The notes under the pieces are model-generated. The model searched no databases, was not told the DNA's origin, and saw only the letters and a program-made list of their open reading frames with translations. From Nitrosopumilaceae archaeon (GTDB lineage Archaea > Thermoproteota > Nitrososphaeria > Nitrososphaerales > Nitrosopumilaceae): 64,000 nucleotides of DNA. The translations under genes were made by a program, and so were the position numbers. The DNA lies in the NCBI GenBank assembly GCA_965203465.1, contig CBDBCR010000003.1, forward strand, positions 768,001-832,000. The letters are read 5' to 3'. Shown one piece after another: positions 56,126-64,000 of the stretch (its first letter is position 1; the number at the start of each line of letters is the position of its first letter).

Positions 56126-57661
56126 CTACAGCAGGCGCCTGGCGCAGACCAGCGCGGCCGCGGGGGCCCCCGCGTACACGCCCGCGTTGGCCAGTATCAC
56201 CAGTATGCCGAGGCCGGCCACCTGGAACTCGGAGCCCGGCTCCGCCAGCTCCATCGCGCCGAGCGACCAGAGCGCCGGCGCCAGCAGGGCTCCGACTGCC
56301 GCGCGCAGCTCGGGGCTCTGCCGCTGCGCGTCGGCGACGGCCGGCGAGACCGTGTAGTAGGCGTGGTTGAACGCGGACATGAACGCCGAGCCCGAGGCCG
56401 TCGACATGACCGTGGAATCGCGTATCTCGCGCAGCGACTGCACCCGCCCGGCGAGTTCGGTGCCGTGCGCGGCGGTGGCTATCAGGCAGCCGCCGCCGTC
56501 GGCCTCGGCCGGCTGGGCCGTGGGCGCGGCCGGCGCCGGCTCTTGGCACTCTAGGTCGCGCGCGCCGTCGTAGTCGAATACCTGCCCGCCTTCGTAGGTC
56601 ACGCGGGCCAGGCCCTGCCTGCCTATCTCGGCGACGTCCTCCGGTATGGGCACGTAGAGCAGGCCGGGCGAGAACCGCTGGCCGTCGGTTATCATCCAGT
56701 GCACGAGGTGCACCGTGGCCCCGGCAAGGTCGGCCGAGCTGACGGCCCTGTCCAGCTGCTCGTAGAGCAGCAGGTAGGTAAAGCTGGTGATGGGGTACGA
56801 GCTGGGGCCCGGCGCGTTGACTATGCTCACCTGGCTCCAGTCGCAGTGCGACGGGGGCAGCTCGGCTGCCGCGCCCGCCGAGGCGGCCGAGAGCGTCTCG
56901 AGCGTGGGCTCTATAAAGGCGGTCCCGTCGGCGTTCTGTATGCTGGCGTAGGTGGCCTCGTTCTGGAACGCGTACGCAAGCTCGATGTACCCTATCGAGT
57001 ATTCCGTGTTGAGCACGTTGGCCGTCACGCCCTCGTTGCCCTTGCCTCCGAGGCCGCCGGGCCACGGGACGCTCTTGCCCTTGCCAACGGACTCTTCGAA
57101 CTCGGCGCTGACCGCGCTCAGATAGTCGGTGAAGACGAACGTGGTGCCGGAGCCGTCCGAGCGGTGGACGGTCACTATGGGCTCGCCGGGCAGGTCCATT
57201 CCCGGGTTGAGCGACGATATCCGGGGATCGTCCCAAGACTGCACCTTTTCCATGAATATGTCCGCTAGCACGCCGCCGGTCAGCTCCAGGCCGCTTGGCA
57301 CGCCCGGCAGGTTGTACGCCACCACGACGCCCCCGATGGTCTCGGGTATGTGTAGCGTGCCAGGCGCCTGCTCTGCCTCTGCGCCGAGCGGCTTGTCCGA
57401 GGCCGCGAAGTTGACCGTCTTTTCGATGTGCTGGCGTATGCCGCCGCCGCTCCCTATGGACTGGTAGTTTAGGTTGACGTTGTCGTACTCGTTCTTGTAC
57501 TCTACCCTCCACTTGTCTATGAGCGGGAACGGGAACGAGGCGCCGGCGCCGAGTATGTTGAAGGTCTGCGAGGGGTCCGGCTCGGCCGGGGCCGGCGCGG
57601 CGTGGGCCGCGGGCAGCGCCGCTATCAGCACCGCCCCGAGCGCGATCCACGCGTTCCTCAT
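56126..57661 (-). CDS. pstS: Phosphate-binding protein PstS with CFI-box-CTERM anchor
   Basis: GAGASFP, YQSIGSGGG, HRSDGSGTT and YPITSFTY motifs; C-terminal GGGCLIATAAHGTELA. Confidence 0.92.
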   Translation of the reverse strand: MRNAWIALGAVLIAALPAAHAAPAPAEPDPSQTFNILGAGASFPFPLIDKWRVEYKNEYDNVNLNYQSIGSGGGIRQHIEKTVNFAASDKPLGAEAEQAPGTLHIPETIGGVVVAYNLPGVPSGLELTGGVLADIFMEKVQSWDDPRISSLNPGMDLPGEPIVTVHRSDGSGTTFVFTDYLSAVSAEFEESVGKGKSVPWPGGLGGKGNEGVTANVLNTEYSIGYIELAYAFQNEATYASIQNADGTAFIEPTLETLSAASAGAAAELPPSHCDWSQVSIVNAPGPSSYPITSFTYLLLYEQLDRAVSSADLAGATVHLVHWMITDGQRFSPGLLYVPIPEDVAEIGRQGLARVTYEGGQVFDYDGARDLECQEPAPAAPTAQPAEADGGGCLIATAAHGTELAGRVQSLREIRDSTVMSTASGSAFMSAFNHAYYTVSPAVADAQRQSPELRAAVGALLAPALWSLGAMELAEPGSEFQVAGLGILVILANAGVYAGAPAAALVCARRLL

Positions 57662-57896
57662 GCCCCGCCCTGCCCGCGGGGCCGATATACGTCAGCCGAT
57701 CATAAATTACGTGCCCGGGCGGACTTTACGTGGGCTATATAGAATCCCCGCGGGCCGCGCCCGGAGGGAGGCAGGCGCATCGCGCCGGGCCAGGCGCGGG
57801 AAAAGTACACCGCTTTTCCCTCGAACGTACTAGACGAACCGGGAGTGCGCCACATCCTGCATTACGTTATTAAACTTGCATCGCGTGTCGAATGCA

Positions 57897-59891
57897 ATGC
57901 GTCTGAAAAAAGTCAGGGTGCAAAACTACCGCTCCATACTGGATTCAGGCGACGTGGAGATAGACGGCCAAATAACCAGCATAGTCGGCATGACCGGCAG
58001 CGGCAAGACGTCCTTTCTGAAGATGATCTCGGGGATCGACAGCGCGGTGACGTTTTCGGCGGGCGAGCTGCCCTTGAAATCCCAGACCAAGCAGGACTTT
58101 CTAGACAACAAGATCTCGGCGGAGCAGATAGACCAGCTGACCGCGGTGTTCGAAGTAGAAGAGTCGGATCGGGCCTCCATGCCCGACAAATACAGAGGGG
58201 TGGACGAGATCGAAGTAAGGAGGAATTTTGACGGCCGGATCACCCTGATTCCAAAAGGCAACGACATACCGAAAATCGACATCGAAGCGGAATCAAACGT
58301 CATAAAATCAAGGCTGGACGATATGCTGACCGCGTTCGAAGACGGTGTAAAGCGTAGCATAGACGGCTTGGCCCAACATCGCAACATGTTTACGGAGACA
58401 ATAGGTGAATTTGGCCGATCCGATTTCCGTAACGTCAAGGAAGTGGATCTGTCCACCAACGCGTTGAGAAACACGGTAAATTCGATTCCGAAAGACGGGC
58501 GTCTGCGCGACGAACTTGCCGCCGCAATCGGCAGCATAACCGCCGCAAGAAACAGCATACAGAACAAGAACAAAAACCACCCGTATCTGAAACTGTACGA
58601 GGTCATGCCCAAACCAGTATACAGGGACGCGGTGTTCAAGCTGGAGGATGAGATGCCCGTAGACGGGTTCATCGCGGATCCGAAAAAATCAGACACTTTC
58701 TACAGCATCGCGGTGGTGGCCGGCGTGACGCCGAGCGCCCTGCAAAAGATCAGAAACGCTAGGCGGGCCGAGATCGAAAGCTACTTGGACGCAAAATCGG
58801 CCCAGCTGAGCAGCCGTCTGAACGGGTTTTGGAAGCAGGAGGCCTACGAATTCGAACTGGGGATGGACAACGACAGGCTGACGTTCCTGGTCAGGGACAA
58901 GACCACCGGAACCAAGACGTCGGTGCTGTACAGGAGCGAGGGATTCAGGTGGTGGACCGCGTTCTTTCTCGAGGTGTCCACGATACTGGCGCAAAAACTG
59001 GGACGGAGCATCATACTGCTGGACAACCCGGCAACAGAGCTGCACGACGAGGGCAAGGCCGACGTTCTCCGGTTCATATCGAGCGCGGCAAGCTCCGATC
59101 AACTCCAGATAATATACTCGTCCCACGAGCGCGCGCTCGTGGATCCGTGGAGGACGGACAGGGTCAGGATCACGGAACTGACCGAAAACGGGACGAAGAT
59201 ACGAAAGGTGGGCAACAGTTCACGGCACGACCTGCTGCACGCCATACGCAAGAACATAGGATCGCCGGCGCGGTACTCTCTGTTCGGCGCTCCGGTCACC
59301 GTGTTCTTTGAGGGGATATCGGACATGAACATAGTCTCTGCCGTCAACGAGTACGCGGAAAGGCAGAACGGCTCTGGCGCGCGCCTGAACAAAGACTCTT
59401 TTTCAATCAACGCGATCAACGGCGTGGCCAAGGCGCCCGCCGCCCTGGACTTGTACTGCCAACTTGGTCTGCGGTTCGTCATAGTGGTGGACAGCGGAAC
59501 GGCCACCGAAGACGTAAAGAAGACGATCGACCCCGAACTGTGGAGGGCGCATTTCGTAGAAGTCAAGCAGATCATAAACAGGGACGGGGACACCGAAGAC
59601 ATGGTGCATCCGGGGCTGTACCACGCCGCGTTCAAGTCGGCCTACGCCAAGATCCTGGATCGCGTGCCCGAACTGGAAGAGATCCGATCGCAGGGCGCCG
59701 GCAAGAAACGCACGTCCCAGTACGACCGGTGGCTGGGGGGCCGCGGAAAGCTCGACAAGGCCATGGTGTCCAACCAGATGTTCAGCGTCCTGATGGGGCG
59801 CGACGCGGCGAATCTGGAGCCGGAGTGGCTGTCGCATACAACAAAGAACTTCGAGGCCCTCTTCAAAGCAATCCAGTCAAAGATCGAGTGA
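57897..59891 (+). CDS. OLD-family-like ABC ATPase-TOPRIM nuclease
   Basis: QNYRSI, GMTGSGKT, RSEGFRWW, LLDNPATELH and YSSH motifs; TOPRIM FFEGISD...IVVD. Confidence 0.8.
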   Translation: MRLKKVRVQNYRSILDSGDVEIDGQITSIVGMTGSGKTSFLKMISGIDSAVTFSAGELPLKSQTKQDFLDNKISAEQIDQLTAVFEVEESDRASMPDKYRGVDEIEVRRNFDGRITLIPKGNDIPKIDIEAESNVIKSRLDDMLTAFEDGVKRSIDGLAQHRNMFTETIGEFGRSDFRNVKEVDLSTNALRNTVNSIPKDGRLRDELAAAIGSITAARNSIQNKNKNHPYLKLYEVMPKPVYRDAVFKLEDEMPVDGFIADPKKSDTFYSIAVVAGVTPSALQKIRNARRAEIESYLDAKSAQLSSRLNGFWKQEAYEFELGMDNDRLTFLVRDKTTGTKTSVLYRSEGFRWWTAFFLEVSTILAQKLGRSIILLDNPATELHDEGKADVLRFISSAASSDQLQIIYSSHERALVDPWRTDRVRITELTENGTKIRKVGNSSRHDLLHAIRKNIGSPARYSLFGAPVTVFFEGISDMNIVSAVNEYAERQNGSGARLNKDSFSINAINGVAKAPAALDLYCQLGLRFVIVVDSGTATEDVKKTIDPELWRAHFVEVKQIINRDGDTEDMVHPGLYHAAFKSAYAKILDRVPELEEIRSQGAGKKRTSQYDRWLGGRGKLDKAMVSNQMFSVLMGRDAANLEPEWLSHTTKNFEALFKAIQSKIE

Positions 59892-59905
59892 CGCTACGGC
59901 TCAGC

Positions 59906-61048
59906 TCAGGCCCCCAGCTTTTTCAGTTCCGCGACCGCGCCGCATATGATGCCCGCCGCCTCGCGTATGTCCTCGAACGTGTTGAACCTGCCCATGCCTA
60001 TCCTGATAGACGAGTGGGCCTCCTCGCCGAGCCCCATGGCCAGCAGCACGTGCGACGGCTCGACGGTGTCGGCGGCGCACGCGGAGCCGGCCGATATGGC
60101 TACGCGGTCCGAGACGGCGGCTATGACGGCCTTGCTCTCGGTTCCCGGAAATCGTACGCTGACGTTGCCCGCAAGCCGCCTCTCGGGGTGGCCGTTGAGC
60201 ACGCCGCCCGCTTTCGAAAACTCGCCCATCATGTAGCGGGCCCACTCGCGGAACCGCCCGTTTTCTTCTTCCATCTCGTCGGCCGCGATGCGCGCGGCCC
60301 TGCCGAACCCGACGATGGCCGGCACGTTGGACGTGCCAGACCTGATCCCGCGCTCCTGTCCGCCCCCGCGGATCTGCGGCTCTAGCCGCACGCGCGGGGA
60401 CACGCCCCTCACGTACAGCGCGCCGACGCCCTTTGGGCCGTGCATCTTGTGAGACGACAGCGACATGAGGTCTATGCCCATGCCCTCCACGTCCAGCTTT
60501 ACGTGGCCGCCCGCCTGCGCGGCGTCGGTGTGGAACAGCGCCCCCTTTGCGCGCGCGATCCCCGAGACCCTCGCCAAGTCCGTGACGGTGCCGACCTCGT
60601 TGTTGGCCGCCATGACCGAGACCAGCGCGGTGTCTTCGGTCACCGCCTCCTCGAGCAGGCCCGCGTCCACCTGCCCGTGCTCGTCGGCGGGCACGTACGT
60701 GACCCTTTTTCCCTCCCCCTCGAGGGCCCGGGCCGTCTCGAGGACCGCCTCGTGCTCGGCGGAGCACGTGACCAGGTGGTCGCCCCTGTCGGCGTGCCGC
60801 CGCATCGCCCCCCGGATGGCCAGGTTGTCCGATTCGGTGGCCCCGCTGGTGAACACGATCTCGCGCGGCCGGGCCCCGACCAGCGAGGCCACCGCCGCCC
60901 TCGCCTCCTCCACCGCCGAGGCGGCCTCGGCGCCGTAGGCGTGGTCCGAGCTGGACGCGTTGCCGAACTTGTCGGTCATGTACGGCATCATCGAATCGAG
61001 CGCCCGCGGATCCAGCGGGGCCGTCGCGTTGTGGTCCAGGTATATCAG
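59906..61048 (-). CDS. dndA: Cysteine desulfurase (DndA/IscS)
   Basis: IYLDHNAT, FTSGATE, HTDAAQ, SSHKMHGPKG and SAGSAC motifs. Coupled to dndE; CTG start inferred. Confidence 0.88.
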   Translation of the reverse strand: MIYLDHNATAPLDPRALDSMMPYMTDKFGNASSSDHAYGAEAASAVEEARAAVASLVGARPREIVFTSGATESDNLAIRGAMRRHADRGDHLVTCSAEHEAVLETARALEGEGKRVTYVPADEHGQVDAGLLEEAVTEDTALVSVMAANNEVGTVTDLARVSGIARAKGALFHTDAAQAGGHVKLDVEGMGIDLMSLSSHKMHGPKGVGALYVRGVSPRVRLEPQIRGGGQERGIRSGTSNVPAIVGFGRAARIAADEMEEENGRFREWARYMMGEFSKAGGVLNGHPERRLAGNVSVRFPGTESKAVIAAVSDRVAISAGSACAADTVEPSHVLLAMGLGEEAHSSIRIGMGRFNTFEDIREAAGIICGAVAELKKLGA

Positions 61049-61431
61049 CGCGAGCGCTCCTCCGTGACGGCCCTGTCGATGTCGGCGATGTCTCGCACCC
61101 GGGCGAACAGCGATATCACGCCGCGGTTAAAGTGGGCCCTTGCCGCCCTGTCCAGGTACGCTCGCGGATCCATCCCCTCGCGCTCCAGCCTCTCGGATAA
61201 AAGTTCCCTGTAGATCTCTTCGTACGCGCCGAACAGCACGGAAGGTATGATCTCGGATCCCTTCTCGTCGTACTCGTCGGGGTTGGGCGGGGACGGATCG
61301 TTCAGGGACATGCAGATGGCCAGCCTGCCGGCTACGTTGGGCGCCAGGCCCGTCCTCGACTTTATCTGCGCGAGCAGGTTCTGCGAGCGGTAGCTCATGC
61401 GCAGCCGGCCCAGCCGGAGCGGCTCAGCCAC
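61045..61431 (-). CDS. dndE: DNA phosphorothioation protein DndE
   Basis: IKSRTGLAPNVAGRLAICMSL...LFG...RAHFNRG, located after dndD. Confidence 0.88.
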   Translation of the reverse strand: MAEPLRLGRLRMSYRSQNLLAQIKSRTGLAPNVAGRLAICMSLNDPSPPNPDEYDEKGSEIIPSVLFGAYEEIYRELLSERLEREGMDPRAYLDRAARAHFNRGVISLFARVRDIADIDRAVTEERSR

Positions 61432-63409
61432 GGCCCCCGCCCCAAAAGTACCCCTCGCGCACGACCGTCGAGCAGCTCCTGCCGTCATAGTCCACCGAAT
61501 ACGACCTCGCGATGTGCGGCAGCAGGGCGCGGTGTCGCTCTTCGTCGATCTCAGAGTCGGTCGAAAAGACCACCACCTGGTGCGAGGCCGACGGAAGGAA
61601 CTTTTCGACTATGTTGGAGCGGTGCGCCGCGTCGAGCCGGGCCAGCGGCGTGTCTATCATGAACGGGAGTGGGCGGCCCGACGTCCTGGCCAGGGCCCAG
61701 AGCACCGCGGTGGCCAGCATCTGCCGCTCGCCCTTGGACAGCCCCTCGGAGGGCAGCTCTTTGCCGCCCGCGCGCACGCTCACGCGGAACGTCTGCGGGT
61801 CCACGCGCGCCCCGTCCACGAAGCCCTTTTTGCGCAGCAGTGTTCGGAGCGCCTCGGACAGGTGGCCCTCCAAGATTTTGGCCTTCCTTGCCGTGAGCGC
61901 GCCGGCAAACTCCTCCAGGACCCCCTGCACCCTGCCGGACAGCTCCGAGGCGGTCCCCGCCCTCTCGGCCCTGTATATCCGATCCGAGACGCCGCGCAGC
62001 TTCGACTCGGCGTGGCGCGCGAGGGCCAGGCTAGCAGATATTTTCTGCTCGATGTGCTCCATCTCGGCGCGAAGCTGCCCCTCCTGGGCGCGCAGGGCCC
62101 CGGCCTCCGAGACGAGCCGGCCCAGCTCGTCGTCGCGCGGGGCGCTCGCGAGCGAGCGCTCGAGGGGCGCGATCTGCGCGTCCAGCTCCGATATCTCGGA
62201 TGCAAGCTCGGCGAGCTCTTGCGCTGCAAGCTCGGCCTCGGCGGCGACGCTGCGCATCCAGGCCGCCTGCTCTTCCGAAGGGCCCGGCGGTGGATCGGGC
62301 GGCGCCTCTTCCTCCATGGCACCGAGCAGCCGGCCAAGCGCCCCCGAGGCCCTAGCCGCGTCCGCATCGGACAGGCCGGCCCCCCTCCAGAATTGGTCCC
62401 CGCACGCCCCCCTTATCCTCGACAGCTGGGCGCTCGCCGCCCCGTGGCCGGCGGCCCTGCGCCGCGCCTCCTCGAGCCCGCGCAGCCTGCCCGCCAGAGA
62501 TTCCATGCGCCGCGGTATCATCGCAAACGGCAGCGCCCCCGAGCACAGATCCGCCAGGCGCCGGGCGCGGTCCTGGCGCGCCGACTTTTTTTCGGCCATC
62601 GTCCGCACGGTCTGCTCGCGCCGCTCGGCAAAGCCGCCGCCCACCCGCCGTATGCGGGATTCGGCGGACTCGATGCCGGCGAGGACCTGATCGAGCTCGC
62701 CGCGCTTGCGCGCGAGCGCCTCGCGCAGGCGGGCGGCCGCTTGCGCGCCCTCCTTGGCCTCGGCCCTGCACGCCTCGAACTCTTTTCTGAGCTCGGCGTC
62801 CGGCCCCGACAGGCGGCGCGCCGCGCCCACGCGCAGGTCGTCTGCCAGCTGCTCTGCCAGCTCTATGCCGAGCAGCGAGCGGAACGCCTCGCGCACCGCC
62901 TCCTGCTCGCCGCTCTCGGCCATCCTGGTTATCTTTTCGCCGTCGAAGAAAAACAGTTCGGCTATCCCCCGGGGCACCAGGTCGCCGAGGAACGACTGCC
63001 AGTGGGCGCGCTCGACGGTGTCGAGCCGGACGGCCGGGCCCCCGGGCGGGCCGCGGCTGACCTCGAGCCGCTCGTCTATCCGGTCGCCGGTCCACGAGCG
63101 CTCGACGGTGTACTCTGATTCTTCCCCGCCGCGGAAGATCCGCAGGCGCACTTTTACCGAAGCCCCTGTCCGGCGGCCGCCGGGGCCGCGGTGTATCAGC
63201 GAGCGGAGCATGTCGTGGTAGGCCTTTTTGCCCATGCGCGGCGGCGCGCCGTACAGGCAGAGCGTGACCGACTCGAAGAGCGTGGTCTTGCCGGCCCCGT
63301 TCATGCCGCCGACCAGCACCACGGGCCTGCCGTCGGCCGGCTCGAGGTCGAACTCGCAGGTGCCCGCGTACGCGCCGTAGTCGCGCAGCACCACCCGGGA
63401 TATGATCAT
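61424..63409 (-). CDS. dndD: DNA phosphorothioation SMC-like ATPase DndD
   Basis: GGMNGAGKTT, FFFDGEKI, coiled coil, LSKGERQ, IDTPLARLD..HR and HQVVVFSTDSEI. Confidence 0.93.
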   Translation of the reverse strand: MIISRVVLRDYGAYAGTCEFDLEPADGRPVVLVGGMNGAGKTTLFESVTLCLYGAPPRMGKKAYHDMLRSLIHRGPGGRRTGASVKVRLRIFRGGEESEYTVERSWTGDRIDERLEVSRGPPGGPAVRLDTVERAHWQSFLGDLVPRGIAELFFFDGEKITRMAESGEQEAVREAFRSLLGIELAEQLADDLRVGAARRLSGPDAELRKEFEACRAEAKEGAQAAARLREALARKRGELDQVLAGIESAESRIRRVGGGFAERREQTVRTMAEKKSARQDRARRLADLCSGALPFAMIPRRMESLAGRLRGLEEARRRAAGHGAASAQLSRIRGACGDQFWRGAGLSDADAARASGALGRLLGAMEEEAPPDPPPGPSEEQAAWMRSVAAEAELAAQELAELASEISELDAQIAPLERSLASAPRDDELGRLVSEAGALRAQEGQLRAEMEHIEQKISASLALARHAESKLRGVSDRIYRAERAGTASELSGRVQGVLEEFAGALTARKAKILEGHLSEALRTLLRKKGFVDGARVDPQTFRVSVRAGGKELPSEGLSKGERQMLATAVLWALARTSGRPLPFMIDTPLARLDAAHRSNIVEKFLPSASHQVVVFSTDSEIDEERHRALLPHIARSYSVDYDGRSCSTVVREGYFWGGGRG

Positions 63410-64000
63410 TTCGCGCGCCGCTCCAGGTCCTTTACTATCTCGGACAGATCCTCGCGCCACTCCTCTGACAGTATCTGCTCCAGCCGGGGGAATATGCGCG
63501 AGTGGCGCGCCATGCCTGAAAACTCGCGCTCGGCGTCGAGCAGCTTGGATACGAGCAGCGGGGGAACGCCGCGCCGGGAGCATATCCGTTCGAGCACCTC
63601 CTGCTCGGCGCCGCCGAACCTGCCCGCGTCGTCGGGCGGAGGCTCGAGCTCTTTTCCGCAGACCCGGTGGTATATGGCGTACGCGGAGTTTTTCCAGTCC
63701 CCCCGCTCGGCCCTCCACAGGCGCTGTATCTCGTGGATCTCGTCCTCGCCCACGAGGGTCATGCGCGGGTCGGGCCCCTCTTTTCTGACCCGCTCCTGGG
63801 CCTGGAGCAGCTTTTCGAGGAATTCCCGGCAGAACTCCAGCGTGTACGGGCCCGGGACCAGCCTCGATTCGGGGTCCTGGGGCGCGCCGGCCTCGCGGTT
63901 TTTCTTTTCGAAACTCTCCCTGCGCGCCTCGTCTATCAGCTTCATCTGGCCGGTCCTGCGCTTGGGCGAGCGCACCTGCCGGCGGCGGGACGGCTCCTGC
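63406..64000 (-). CDS. dndC: DndC, C-terminal part (gene starts beyond the window)
   Basis: PGPYTLEFCREFLEKLLQAQ...DEIHEIQRLW. Overlaps the dndD start. Confidence 0.85.
   Translation of the reverse strand, partial: QEPSRRRQVRSPKRRTGQMKLIDEARRESFEKKNREAGAPQDPESRLVPGPYTLEFCREFLEKLLQAQERVRKEGPDPRMTLVGEDEIHEIQRLWRAERGDWKNSAYAIYHRVCGKELEPPPDDAGRFGGAEQEVLERICSRRGVPPLLVSKLLDAEREFSGMARHSRIFPRLEQILSEEWREDLSEIVKDLERRAK

Noticed and set aside
59906-61048. Housekeeping iscS of an Fe-S cluster operon
   Set aside because: It is coupled to dndE with no iscU/suf neighbours, so dndA is the better call. A dual role cannot be excluded.

Overview
This window looks like a high-GC archaeal chromosome segment, most likely from an ammonia-oxidising Nitrososphaerota/Thaumarchaeota (Nitrosopumilaceae-like). 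That assignment is inferred from the nuoABCDHIJKMLN order without nuoEFG, the acetyl/propionyl-CoA carboxylase cluster of the 3HP/4HB cycle, RNase P Rpp21, RFC-L and two CFI-box-CTERM surface proteins. The housekeeping blocks (4 tRNAs, prenyl synthase, complex I, acc, RFC, IMPase, DHS-like, PstS) are interleaved with unusually many defence and mobile loci. (i) A 1-12.8 kb island holds an IS630, two paralogous ABC-ATPase + TOPRIM pairs, two HARE-HTH/PD-(D/E)XK paralogs around a convergent PIN + YwgA/Panacea-like pair, and a complete 4372-bp IS6-family element (25-bp perfect IRs, 8-bp TSD) carrying an AbrB-type regulator and a fused type IIG restriction-modification gene. (ii) A MORC-type GHKL ATPase with an AbiEi-like C-terminus sits upstream of a decayed AbiEii nucleotidyltransferase. 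(iii) Four copies of one vapB(C) family are present, and both IS630 elements are inserted in them. (iv) There are tandem ADP-ribosylglycohydrolases. (v) A dndC-D-E-A phosphorothioation operon converges on an OLD-type nuclease. All family calls come from motif recognition by eye, not database searches. Several single-base frameshifts in G/C homopolymers may be sequencing errors.
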